Notes under the pieces: generated by a model
Told to the model about the DNA's origin: nothing
The model's database searches: none
Seen by the model: the letters and a program-made list of their open reading frames with translations, nothing else
Program-made: the position numbers and the translations under genes
Source: Nitratiruptor sp.
GTDB lineage: Bacteria > Campylobacterota > Campylobacteria > Campylobacterales > Nitratiruptoraceae
Direction of reading: 5' to 3'
NCBI GenBank assembly: GCA_027036935.1
Contig: JALWCE010000097.1
Span: 380-53,004, forward strand
DNA: 52,625 nucleotides
In this document: in pieces, positions 38,409 to 48,348 of the stretch
Position numbering within the stretch: the stretch's first letter is position 1
Layout of the letters: each line of letters opens with the position of its first letter

Positions 38409-41225
38409 ATGGATACAATAAAAATTTTTGGAGCAAGGCAGCACAATCTCAAAAATATTGATTTAGAGCTACCCAAAAATGCCCTTATTGTCTTTACCGG
38501 GCTTTCAGGTAGCGGTAAATCGACTCTCGCATTTGATACTTTGTATGCCGAAGGACAGCGGCGTTACATCGAATCGCTTTCAAGTTATGCCAGACAATTT
38601 TTGGACAGGCTCGACAAACCTGATGTGGATAAGATCGAGGGGCTTACGCCAGCTATTGCCATAGAGCAAAAAAGTACAAGCAAAAATCCAAGATCGACCG
38701 TTGGAACGATTACTGAGATCTATGACTATTTGCGTCTATTATTTGCTAGGGTAGGGACCCAACACTGCCATAAATGTGCCAAGCCTATCTCACAGATGAG
38801 TCCTAGCGACATCATCAATGAAGTCTTTAAACTCCCTGAGGGAGCCAAGATGGTCATTATGGCGCCTCTTGTAAAAGAGAAAAAGGGCAGTTTTGCCCAA
38901 ATGCTAGAAAACTTACGCCAAAAAGGGTTTGTACGGGCGATGATTGATGGGGTAATGGTGCGCCTTGATGAGGGGATAGAGCTCTCAAAAACCAAAAAGC
39001 ATACCATCAAAGCGGTAGTGGATAGGGTGATAATGAGGAGTTCCGGCCGCACTCGAATAGCCCAAGATATCGAAAAGGCACTTACGACTAGCTTTGGAGA
39101 GGTGGAGATAGATATCCTCAACGCCAATGAGGTGGGTACTCCAAAACATCTCCACTTTAGCGAACATCTTGCCTGTTTTGACTGTAAAATCAGTTTTGAG
39201 CCTTTAGAACCTCTTAGTTTTTCGTTCAACTCTCCTAAAGGGGCCTGCGAGGCTTGTGATGGGCTGGGCATCCGATATACTCTAGACCTTGCCAAGATTC
39301 TTGATAAGCATAAACCGATCGCAAAAGGTGCCGTCAAAATTTTGTACGGCTATAACAAAAGTTATTATTTTAGTTTTCTTAAAGCCTTTTGCGAAACAGA
39401 AGGGATCGATACGAGCGTGCCGTACGAAGAACTTGCAGAGCATCAAAAAAAGGCGATTTTGTACGGAGCGCCTACATCCGTCACTTTTAAGTGGAAAAAC
39501 CACCGCCTTACCCGTCAGTGGCCCGGAGTCGTTAAAATTGCGTATGATATGTTTAAGGAGATTAAAGACCTAAATGAGTATATGAGCGAGAAAGTGTGCG
39601 ATCAATGCAAAGGACATCGTCTTAAGGCTTCGAGTCTAGCGGTGAGAGTGGCTGGTAAAGGGATAGGGGAGATACTTGATATGCCTATCGAGGAGGCCTA
39701 TGATTTTTTTGCCAATGAGAGCAATTTTGCCTATCTCTCGCCCCAAAAGCGCACCATTGCCCAACCGGTACTCAAAGAGATCAAAGAGCGGCTCTTTTTT
39801 TTGGTGGACGTTGGGCTTGGATATTTAAGTCTGGGACGAGATGCTCGGACAATTAGCGGGGGGGAGGCGCAGCGTATTCGAATAGCAAGTCAAATAGGCA
39901 GTGGACTGACCGGAGTGATGTATGTACTTGATGAGCCAAGCATTGGACTACACGAGCGAGATACCCTACGCCTCATTAGGACTTTAAAAAATCTTCAAAA
40001 AAAGGGCAATACCCTCATTGTCGTCGAGCATGACAAGCAGACAATCGAAGCGGCCGATTATATCGTCGATATTGGTCCGGGAGCCGGAAAATTTGGGGGC
40101 GAGGTGGTTTTTGCCGGGAGCGTGGAGGAGCTCAAAAAAAGCGATACTCTTACAGCTTGTTACTTAAACGGCAAAAAAGAGATAGAATATTTTTATCGGC
40201 GTCCCCAAAAGGAGTGGCTTCGTTTAGAGGGTGTGACGATCAACAACATCAAAAATCTTGAAGTTCGCTTTCCTTTAGGCAATTTCGTGGTCGTAACGGG
40301 AGTGAGTGGCAGCGGTAAGAGCTCGCTTGTATTACAAACTCTTTTGCCCGTGGCCAAAGAGGCGCTCAACCACGCCAAAAAGGTACGAAAAGTAGCCGGC
40401 GTGAAGATTGAGGGGCTAGAAAAACTCGATAAAGTGATCTATTTGGATCAAAGTCCAATAGGCAGAACCCCTAGAAGCAATCCGGCCACCTATACTGGAG
40501 TGATGGATGAGATCAGAGCATTGTTTGCCAAGACCAAAGAGGCGCAGTTACGAGGGTACGGACCGGGACGCTTTAGCTTTAACGTCCAAGGAGGAAGATG
40601 CGAGAAGTGTCGGGGTGAGGGGGAGCTTAAGATCGAGATGCACTTTTTACCAGACATTATGATCAAGTGCGATGCTTGTAAAGGACGCAGATACAACGAG
40701 CAGACTCTAGAGGTGCTCTACAAGGGCAAAAACATCGCCGATGTGTTGGATATGAGCGTAGACGAGGCGTTGGAATTTTTTGACTCTATTCCTAAGATTC
40801 GCCAAAAACTCAAGACTTTACAAGAGGTTGGCCTTGGCTATATAACCCTTGGCCAAAATGCCGTGACTCTAAGCGGCGGAGAGGCCCAGCGTATCAAACT
40901 GGCCAAGGAGCTTAGCCGAAGAGATACGGGTAAGACTCTGTATATCCTTGACGAGCCTACCACCGGATTGCACTTTGGGGATGTGGATCGTTTGATTAAA
41001 GTGCTGCACCATCTCGTAGAGCTTGGCAATAGCGTCATCGTTATCGAGCATAATCTTGATGTCATTAAAAACGCCGATTATATTGTCGATATGGGTCCTG
41101 AGGGCGGCAGTAAGGGAGGAGAGGTCGTTGCTGCGGGAACGCCTGAGGAGGTTGCGGCAAATTGGAAGAGTAGGGGAAGTTTTACGGGCCAATTTTTGGC
41201 CAAAGAGTTGAAAGGAAAGCAATGA
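38409..41225 (+). CDS. uvrA: Excinuclease ABC subunit A
   Basis: Two Walker A (GLSGSGKST, GVSGSGKSS), two SGGEAQRI signatures, Zn fingers. Confidence 0.99.
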   Translation: MDTIKIFGARQHNLKNIDLELPKNALIVFTGLSGSGKSTLAFDTLYAEGQRRYIESLSSYARQFLDRLDKPDVDKIEGLTPAIAIEQKSTSKNPRSTVGTITEIYDYLRLLFARVGTQHCHKCAKPISQMSPSDIINEVFKLPEGAKMVIMAPLVKEKKGSFAQMLENLRQKGFVRAMIDGVMVRLDEGIELSKTKKHTIKAVVDRVIMRSSGRTRIAQDIEKALTTSFGEVEIDILNANEVGTPKHLHFSEHLACFDCKISFEPLEPLSFSFNSPKGACEACDGLGIRYTLDLAKILDKHKPIAKGAVKILYGYNKSYYFSFLKAFCETEGIDTSVPYEELAEHQKKAILYGAPTSVTFKWKNHRLTRQWPGVVKIAYDMFKEIKDLNEYMSEKVCDQCKGHRLKASSLAVRVAGKGIGEILDMPIEEAYDFFANESNFAYLSPQKRTIAQPVLKEIKERLFFLVDVGLGYLSLGRDARTISGGEAQRIRIASQIGSGLTGVMYVLDEPSIGLHERDTLRLIRTLKNLQKKGNTLIVVEHDKQTIEAADYIVDIGPGAGKFGGEVVFAGSVEELKKSDTLTACYLNGKKEIEYFYRRPQKEWLRLEGVTINNIKNLEVRFPLGNFVVVTGVSGSGKSSLVLQTLLPVAKEALNHAKKVRKVAGVKIEGLEKLDKVIYLDQSPIGRTPRSNPATYTGVMDEIRALFAKTKEAQLRGYGPGRFSFNVQGGRCEKCRGEGELKIEMHFLPDIMIKCDACKGRRYNEQTLEVLYKGKNIADVLDMSVDEALEFFDSIPKIRQKLKTLQEVGLGYITLGQNAVTLSGGEAQRIKLAKELSRRDTGKTLYILDEPTTGLHFGDVDRLIKVLHHLVELGNSVIVIEHNLDVIKNADYIVDMGPEGGSKGGEVVAAGTPEEVAANWKSRGSFTGQFLAKELKGKQ

Positions 41226-42028
41226 AAGAGAGCATTATTGAAAGGATAGAGTCTTTACCCCCTTTGCCAAAAACTCTACAAGAGTTTGAAGAGGCATATA
41301 GGGACGAAAATGTTACGATTAAGCAAATAGCTAAAATTTTGGAACAAGACCCGATGATCGTAGCCAATGTGCTTAAAAGAGTCAACTCCTCTTTTTACAG
41401 CTTTCCCAAAAGAATCGACTCTTTGCAGCATGCCATCAGTATTTTGGGGCTTTCTGGCGTACGGGCCATTGTATTGGAAAATTCTCTCAAAAAGGTACTC
41501 AATCCAAATATGGAGCCTTATGGCATCAACGCCGAACAGTTTGCTCACATCTCTCAGTTGCAAAGTTTTTTGATGGAGAAATGGTATAAAAAAGTAGATC
41601 CCCATAAAGTGAGCTTTTTGTCTTTGGCCGCTTTTTTGCAAGAGAGCGGCAAGATTTTGATTGCCGATGAGGTTTTGCGGGAAAATTGGGTGGAGCAGTT
41701 TCGACAGGAGTTGGAGATGAACGACGATGTGGCCGAAGTGGAGCGTTTTTTTGTAGGGATGAGTGCGGGAGAGGTGACGGCAAAGATATTTGAACATTGG
41801 CATATGGAGCAAATTCTTTGTAAGGTCATAGAGTATAGCGATAGATACGAAAAAGCTCCCGAAGAGATCAAGGAGTCGAGTTTGGCACTGCATATTGTCA
41901 AACGGGCCGTACCGGTTAATAAACCTTTAGCGCCCATAAGCCAATATATTGCCAAAACTATTGCGGCCAAAGAGGGGTTGGATGTGAAAAAATTAGAAGA
42001 GGCGATGGATGCTATCGTAGATCTATGA
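41222..42028 (+). CDS. Stand-alone HDOD domain protein
   Basis: LPPLP, QDPMIVANVLKRVNSSFY, AISILG, AAFLQESGKI. Confidence 0.88.
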   Translation: MKESIIERIESLPPLPKTLQEFEEAYRDENVTIKQIAKILEQDPMIVANVLKRVNSSFYSFPKRIDSLQHAISILGLSGVRAIVLENSLKKVLNPNMEPYGINAEQFAHISQLQSFLMEKWYKKVDPHKVSFLSLAAFLQESGKILIADEVLRENWVEQFRQELEMNDDVAEVERFFVGMSAGEVTAKIFEHWHMEQILCKVIEYSDRYEKAPEEIKESSLALHIVKRAVPVNKPLAPISQYIAKTIAAKEGLDVKKLEEAMDAIVDL

Positions 42029-42344
42029 CGCACTTTTTAGCCTCTTCTTGGGTAAGTGCTTTTCCATAACAGAGTTTTTGTCGATTTAAAAGATCTATAT
42101 CTCGCTGCAATTTATTGGCGTAAAAGGCTTTTGGGAAACTCATAGCAAATGTCTGAGCTAAAGCGTCGCTGCGAGGGTCTTGAGGAAAGCGTTGGATACA
42201 AACGATCGCCTCTTGGGTCTTTAGGCAGTTGAGTCTATTTTGATAAATTGTGATGACTCTATCGATGGCTAGGATGTTGCTCTGTCTCCATTGTAAAGCC
42301 AAAAGAGTCATAGCAAAAAGACAAAGTACTACTATTTTTTTCAT
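42012..42344 (-). CDS. Small secreted Cys-containing hypothetical protein
   Basis: AAGGA RBS, signal peptide MKKIVVLCLFAMTLLA, four Cys in the mature part; TACAAT -10 at 42380-42375. Confidence 0.72.
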   Translation of the reverse strand: MKKIVVLCLFAMTLLALQWRQSNILAIDRVITIYQNRLNCLKTQEAIVCIQRFPQDPRSDALAQTFAMSFPKAFYANKLQRDIDLLNRQKLCYGKALTQEEAKKCVIDLR

Positions 42345-42403
42345 CTGTATCCTTTGATTTGAGTCGCAAAGAGTATTGTAGCTAAAAAGCGTAGTATTTG
42401 GTG

Positions 42404-42412
42404 TGTTATAAT
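42404..42412 (+). promoter_or_regulatory. Extended -10 (TGTTATAAT) for polA
   Basis: Perfect TGnTATAAT 19 nt before ATG 42432. Confidence 0.65.
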
Positions 42413-42431
42413 CGGGGCAAAAAGGTTAGGT

Positions 42432-45107
42432 ATGAAGACATTGATGGTAATCGATATCTTTGGTTTTCTTTTTCGTAGTTTCCATGCACTGCCTCCACTC
42501 AAAAGCAAAGAGGGCTTTCCCACTGGACTGCTAACCGGATTTGCCAACTTCATAAACTCTTTGGTGAGCGAACATACGAGCGATTACATAGTCTTTGCTC
42601 TTGATAGCGAGGGACCGAGCTTTCGCGCACAAATAGACCCCAGCTACAAGGCTCAGCGTCCACAGCCGCCCCAAGAGCTTAAAGAGCAGCTTCTCATAGC
42701 CATTGAGTGGATCAAGAAGATGGGGTTTGCCACTCTTGCTCAAGAGGGGATGGAAGCCGATGATATTATCGCCTCTTTGGTACGATGCGTCAAGGAGAAT
42801 AAGAAAGAAGAGATTAAAGTAATTATCGTCAGCCACGACAAAGATCTCTACCAGCTGATCGAAGATGGACGTGTTGTGCTGTACAATCCGATTCGCAAAG
42901 AAGAGATAGATGAGCAAAAAGCGTTGAAAAAGTTTGGCGTGCCTCCAAAACATATCGGCGACTATTTGGCGTTGGTGGGTGATAGTGCCGATAATATTGT
43001 AGGTGTGCGGGGTATTGGTCCAAAAACGGCGGCAAAACTAATTAATCAATTTGGTTCCCTAGAGGCCATTTATGAGAATTTGGAAAAAGTAGAGCCTTTG
43101 CGCGTACGCAAGCTTTTGGAGGAGGGCAAACAGAGCGCTTTGAGGAGTAAAAGACTCGTGCTACTTAATGATAAAGCTTTGCAAAGCTGTGATCTGCAAA
43201 GCTATCGTGTACCTACGATCCATCCTCTTGTCGCTATCGCCGACGAGCTGATCAAATTTGACATCACAGCAGTTTTGCAAAAAATAGAGCAAGCTTCCTT
43301 GCTTGAGAGACAAAAGCGACAAAAGGAGTTTAAAGCAGTATGTCTTAATAACAAAAAAAAGCTGTTTGAAACGGTTGAGCAGATTCCAGATGGGGCCGTC
43401 GTGGCCTTTGATATAGAGACAGATGGGCTTGATACCAAACAGGCCAATCTCGTGGGGTTTAGTTTTGCGTGGCAAGAGGAGATTGCCTACTATGTGCCTA
43501 TTGGGCATAACTATTTGGGAGTAGGTGAACAGGTGGCTTTGGAGGATGGCCTTGAGGCTATACGCAAACTTTTAAACTATAAGATAGTAGGCCATAATCT
43601 TAAATTTGATCTTGGACTCCTATATCGCTACGGAGTTCCAAGAGCAAAGGAGTTTGTCGATACGATGATTTTGGCTTGGCTCCTCGATCCGCAAAGCAGT
43701 ATCAAACTTGAGAGTCTGGCCAAGCGCTTTTTTGATTACGATATGATCAGTTTTAAAGAGACAGTTAAAAAGGGGGAGGATTTTAGCGGCGTGCCTATAG
43801 AGAGGGCGTGTGTGTATGCCGCCGAAGATGCGGTGATGACCTATTTGCTCTATTTTGAGCTTTTGGATCAGTTTAAGAGTCGTGGTATTACTCATTTGTT
43901 GGATGAGGCTAAAGAGGTGGAGTTTCCTTTGGTCAATATCCTCATCGATATGGAGCGAGCCGGCATCAAAATCGATATCCCATTTTTTGAGAAGCTCCAA
44001 AGCGACATTGCCAAACAATTGGAGGATTTGACCCAAAAGATCTATGAGCTTGCAGGTGAGAAATTTAACATCAACTCTACTAAGCAGCTTGCTCAACTCC
44101 TTTTTGAGAAGCTCTCTCTCCCTCCGCTTAAAAGAACAAAGACAGGGTATAGCACCGACGAAGCTACGCTAGAGGCTCTCAAGGGCAAACATCCCCTCAT
44201 CGAAAAAATTTTGGAATATCGAGAGCTTTTTAAACTCAAATCCACCTATATCGATCCTTTGATCAACTATGCCAAAAAGGATGCTAAACATCGTATCTAT
44301 ACCACTTTTATCCAGACGGGGACGGCTACTGGCAGGCTTGCGAGTAAAAATCCAAATTTGCAAAATATCCCGATCAAGACGGAGCTTGGACGACAGATAC
44401 GTCAAGGATTCATTGCGCAGGAGGGATACAGGTTTGTGGGGATCGACTATTCTCAAATAGAGTTGCGGTTGCTCGCTCACTTGAGCAAGGATCCGGCTCT
44501 CATACAAGCTTTTGAAGAAGATCGTGATATCCATTTAGAGACTGCCATCAAGCTCTTTGGCCAAGAGCGGGCCCAGCAGATGCGAAATGTGGCTAAAAGT
44601 ATCAATTTTGGCCTAATCTATGGTATGGGGAGCCGTAAGCTCGCCCAAACTTTGGGTATTTCACCTAAAGAAGCCAAGCAGATCATCGAAAACTACTTTT
44701 GCTCTTTTCCAACCGTTAAAGAGTATCTACGCTCCATAGAGGAGTTTGCCAAAAGCCACGGGTATGTGCAGACGCTGCTTGGACGCAGACGATACTTCGA
44801 TTTTGCCAGTGCTTCGGGAGCAGAATTTGCCTCTTTTTTGCGAGAGGCGATCAACACGGTCGTCCAAGGAAGTGTGGCCGATTTGATAAAACTTGCTATG
44901 CGAGATATTGATGAAATCTTTCAAAAGGAGCATCCAAAGGCTTCTATGCTTTTGCAGATACACGATGAGCTGGTGTTTGAGATCCAAGAGTCTCAAGCGG
45001 CGGATATGGCCGAGCATTTACGGCGCGTGATGGAAAATGTCTATAAGTTGGAGGTGCCGATACGCTGTTCCGTAGGAATTGCCAAACGATGGGGAGAATT
45101 AAAGTAA
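42432..45107 (+). CDS. polA: DNA polymerase I
   Basis: 5'-3' exonuclease (EADD, GDSADN, GIGPKTA), 3'-5' exonuclease (FDIET, YAAED), polymerase motifs DYSQIELR, KSINFGLIYG, QIHDE. Confidence 0.98.
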   Translation: MKTLMVIDIFGFLFRSFHALPPLKSKEGFPTGLLTGFANFINSLVSEHTSDYIVFALDSEGPSFRAQIDPSYKAQRPQPPQELKEQLLIAIEWIKKMGFATLAQEGMEADDIIASLVRCVKENKKEEIKVIIVSHDKDLYQLIEDGRVVLYNPIRKEEIDEQKALKKFGVPPKHIGDYLALVGDSADNIVGVRGIGPKTAAKLINQFGSLEAIYENLEKVEPLRVRKLLEEGKQSALRSKRLVLLNDKALQSCDLQSYRVPTIHPLVAIADELIKFDITAVLQKIEQASLLERQKRQKEFKAVCLNNKKKLFETVEQIPDGAVVAFDIETDGLDTKQANLVGFSFAWQEEIAYYVPIGHNYLGVGEQVALEDGLEAIRKLLNYKIVGHNLKFDLGLLYRYGVPRAKEFVDTMILAWLLDPQSSIKLESLAKRFFDYDMISFKETVKKGEDFSGVPIERACVYAAEDAVMTYLLYFELLDQFKSRGITHLLDEAKEVEFPLVNILIDMERAGIKIDIPFFEKLQSDIAKQLEDLTQKIYELAGEKFNINSTKQLAQLLFEKLSLPPLKRTKTGYSTDEATLEALKGKHPLIEKILEYRELFKLKSTYIDPLINYAKKDAKHRIYTTFIQTGTATGRLASKNPNLQNIPIKTELGRQIRQGFIAQEGYRFVGIDYSQIELRLLAHLSKDPALIQAFEEDRDIHLETAIKLFGQERAQQMRNVAKSINFGLIYGMGSRKLAQTLGISPKEAKQIIENYFCSFPTVKEYLRSIEEFAKSHGYVQTLLGRRRYFDFASASGAEFASFLREAINTVVQGSVADLIKLAMRDIDEIFQKEHPKASMLLQIHDELVFEIQESQAADMAEHLRRVMENVYKLEVPIRCSVGIAKRWGELK

Positions 45108-45192
45108 CTTCAAAAACCGAAGATAACTGAAAAAGGATTAAGTAAATTTGGCAAACTCTACTACAATAACATAATCCATAAAAAGGTCGTTC

Positions 45193-48100
45193 ATGCTTAA
45201 AAGATTGCAAAAAGCATTCTTCTCCATCAAATCGGCCATCATTATGATGCTTCTTTTTGCCATCAGTATCGGCGTGGCTACTTTTATTGAAAATGATTAC
45301 GGGACCCAGACCGCTTGGGCATTGGTTTATACCGCCAAGTGGTTTGAGATTTTGTTGGTGCTTTTAGGACTCAATCTTTTGTACAACATCTTTCGCTTTC
45401 GCCTTTTTCGCCGTGAGAAGTTCTTCACCGGTCTTTTTCATCTAGCCTTTTTGATCATCCTCGTAGGGGCCACCATTACCAGATATTTTGGATACGAGGG
45501 AACGATGCATATTAGAGAAGGAGGCGTCTCAAATACGATTCTAAGCGCTCGCAACTACTTGCAGTTAGAAGTTAAAAAAGATGGGAGTTATTATCGTTAT
45601 GCGGAGCCTTTGTATCTGAGTAAACTTGGCTCAAATCATTGGAAACGTACCATCGACTTTGGCGGTGAAAAGGTTACGATTGAGCTTGGGAAGTATTTGC
45701 CAAACGCCAAAGAGCGGCTTGTACCTGCCAAAGAGGGAAAAGCGGGTGTAGAGCTGGTGCTCTCTAGCAGTGGAGGGGGGCGAATCCAAAAGAGTCTCTT
45801 GCAAGGAGAGTATTTGGATATCGGTGATGCGGTGATAGCCTTTGATACGAACGTCTCTACTAATAAGCCTCTTGTGCGCTTAAGCTTTCAAGAGGGCAAC
45901 CTTACCCTCAAAGCTCCCTATCCTATCAAGACTGTGGATATGGCTAATATGAGTAGTGGCGAGTATCCGGCCAACGAGCCGGTGGTGATGCAAAAGCGCC
46001 GTTTGTACTCCATAGCTGGACTCAATATCGTCCTTAAAAATTTCTATCCCCATGCCAAAAAAGAGATCACCAGTGACAATCCTTTGGCCAAAAACAGCCC
46101 AAACAAGGATCTATTGGTCTTTAGGATCAAAACACCCAAGCAAGAAAAAGAGGTGGAGCTTTTTGGCAAAAGTGGGATGGAGGGCGAGCCGGTGCATACT
46201 AAGATAGGGGATCTGGATATTACGCTCTCCTATGGAGCCAAGCGTATCACGCTACCTTTTGCCTTGAAGCTTAAAGATTTTCAGCTTAAGAGATATCCGG
46301 GCTCTATGAGCCCTAGCTCCTATGCAAGTGAAGTGGTCGTTATTGACAAGCACAAAAGCTTTCCCTACCGCATCTATATGAATCACGTGCTGGACTACAA
46401 AGGATATCGTTTTTTCCAAAGTTCGTATGATATGGATGAAAAGGGGACGATTCTCTCTGTTAACCACGATCCGGGGACGCTGATCACCTATATTGGGTAC
46501 TTTTTACTGGCTTTGGGGATGCTGCTGCACTTTTTTATGCCCCAAAGCCGTTTTCAAAAATTGGCAAGATTGACCAAAAAAGTCCAACAAGAGCGTCAGA
46601 TGCTTTTAAAGACCACGATGACCTCACTGCTGCTTTTTGTGGGGATACATTTGTGGGCGGCAGATCCCATAGCCCAAGCGCATAAGATTGACTCTGGCCA
46701 CGCCGATAGATTTGGAGCTACTATTTTAGTGCAGGACAATGGAGGGCGAATAGAGCCAATCGATACCCTCTCTCGTCAAATTCTGGCCAAAATAGCCCGC
46801 AGTGAGAAGCTGTACGGATTAGATCCTAATCAATATTTTTTGGGGATGACGATAGAGCCTGAGATCTTTCAAAAAATCCCTATGATCTATGTGCACCACC
46901 CCTATATCAAAAAGCTCATTGGTCTTAAGCCAGATCAAAAATATGCTAAATTTGAGGATTTTTTCGATGCCAATCAAAGCTATAAACTTACCTCTCTTGT
47001 TCAAAAAGCTATGGCTAAAAAGCCGGCCAAACGAAACCAGTTGGATAAAGACTTGATCAAAGTGGACGAGCGGGTTAATGTGGCCTATATGGTCTATACT
47101 GGGGTGCTATTGCGTATCATCCCAAATCCTCATGACAAAAATGGCAAATGGGTCTCGCCTATTGAAGCGATTGAGAGTTTCCCACCAAAAGAGGGGCAGT
47201 TAGTGCGTCTCATCATGGCTAGCTACTTTAAAAGCGTGGAAGATGGGATCAAGAGTGGTGATTGGAGCAAAGCAAATAAAGCTCTTAAGGTAATAGCCGA
47301 CTATCAAAAGTACTATGGTGCGGCGGTGATGCCCTCCAAGACAAAGATCAAAGCGGAGCTCCTCTACAATAAGCTCGATATCTTCAACCGCCTCGTCCCC
47401 TATTATATGCTCATCGGCTTTACCCTATTGGTACTGATTTTGGCCAATCTCATCAACCCAAAGATCAAGATAGGTCCGGTGGTCAAGATCGGTGTAGTGC
47501 TTATTTTCCTGGGATTTTTGGCACACACCTTTGGGATGATACTTCGCTGGTACGTAGCGGGTCACGCTCCATGGAGCAATGGATACGAGTCGATGGTCTA
47601 CATCTCTTGGGCCACGATCCTGGCCGGATTTTTCTTCGCCAAGAAAAGCCCTATCGCCTTTGCGGCTACGGCGCTGCTGGGCGGGCTCATCCTCTTTGTG
47701 GCACATCTTAACTGGATGGATCCACAGATCACCAATCTTGTGCCCGTGCTCAAATCCTATTGGCTGATGATCCATGTCTCGGTGATTACGGCTAGTTATG
47801 GCTTTTTAGGACTTGCAGCGCTTTTGGCTTTTGTGGTACTGATACTTTTTATATTCCTAAACGACAACAATAAACAGATGATGGTGCTCACTTTCAAAGA
47901 GCTCACCTATATCGGCGAGATGAGTCTCATCATTGGTCTTGTATTGGTGACATTGGGAAACTTCCTGGGTGGCGTGTGGGCCAATGAGAGCTGGGGACGA
48001 TATTGGGGATGGGATCCCAAAGAGACTTGGGCTGCCGTGACGATCCTGGTCTATGCGGCGATCGAGCATATTAGGCTAGTCCCCGGGCTTAATCGTCTCT

Positions 48101-48312
48101 TTTTATATAATGTTTTGGCACTATTGGGCTACTCTAGCGTACTTATGACCTATTTTGGAGTCAACTTTTACCTAAGCGGTATGCACTCCTACGCTCAAGG
48201 CGATCCCGTGCCAATCCCTACATGGGTCTACTGGGCCGTGGGTATAGTCTTTGTCATTATTGCGTTGGCCTATTATAAAAAGCAAAAATATCAAATAGAT
48301 ATCAGAATTTAG
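45193..48312 (+). CDS. ccsA: Fused System II cytochrome c synthase CcsBA (ResB-ResC fusion)
   Basis: N-terminal ATFIENDYG...FHLAF...TRYFG.EG (ResB-like); C-terminal WLMIH, WANESWGRYWGWDPKETW (WWD domain), GMHSYA. Confidence 0.94.
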   Translation: MLKRLQKAFFSIKSAIIMMLLFAISIGVATFIENDYGTQTAWALVYTAKWFEILLVLLGLNLLYNIFRFRLFRREKFFTGLFHLAFLIILVGATITRYFGYEGTMHIREGGVSNTILSARNYLQLEVKKDGSYYRYAEPLYLSKLGSNHWKRTIDFGGEKVTIELGKYLPNAKERLVPAKEGKAGVELVLSSSGGGRIQKSLLQGEYLDIGDAVIAFDTNVSTNKPLVRLSFQEGNLTLKAPYPIKTVDMANMSSGEYPANEPVVMQKRRLYSIAGLNIVLKNFYPHAKKEITSDNPLAKNSPNKDLLVFRIKTPKQEKEVELFGKSGMEGEPVHTKIGDLDITLSYGAKRITLPFALKLKDFQLKRYPGSMSPSSYASEVVVIDKHKSFPYRIYMNHVLDYKGYRFFQSSYDMDEKGTILSVNHDPGTLITYIGYFLLALGMLLHFFMPQSRFQKLARLTKKVQQERQMLLKTTMTSLLLFVGIHLWAADPIAQAHKIDSGHADRFGATILVQDNGGRIEPIDTLSRQILAKIARSEKLYGLDPNQYFLGMTIEPEIFQKIPMIYVHHPYIKKLIGLKPDQKYAKFEDFFDANQSYKLTSLVQKAMAKKPAKRNQLDKDLIKVDERVNVAYMVYTGVLLRIIPNPHDKNGKWVSPIEAIESFPPKEGQLVRLIMASYFKSVEDGIKSGDWSKANKALKVIADYQKYYGAAVMPSKTKIKAELLYNKLDIFNRLVPYYMLIGFTLLVLILANLINPKIKIGPVVKIGVVLIFLGFLAHTFGMILRWYVAGHAPWSNGYESMVYISWATILAGFFFAKKSPIAFAATALLGGLILFVAHLNWMDPQITNLVPVLKSYWLMIHVSVITASYGFLGLAALLAFVVLILFIFLNDNNKQMMVLTFKELTYIGEMSLIIGLVLVTLGNFLGGVWANESWGRYWGWDPKETWAAVTILVYAAIEHIRLVPGLNRLFLYNVLALLGYSSVLMTYFGVNFYLSGMHSYAQGDPVPIPTWVYWAVGIVFVIIALAYYKKQKYQIDIRI

Positions 48313-48329
48313 AATAGAGGCAAGAGAGG

Positions 48330-48348
48330 AGGGGGCCTTTGGCTCCCT
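48330..48348. terminator. Hairpin between convergent ccsBA and dnaJ
   Basis: AGGGGGCC-TTT-GGCTCCCT (one G-U pair) followed by TACTTTTT. Confidence 0.55.
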
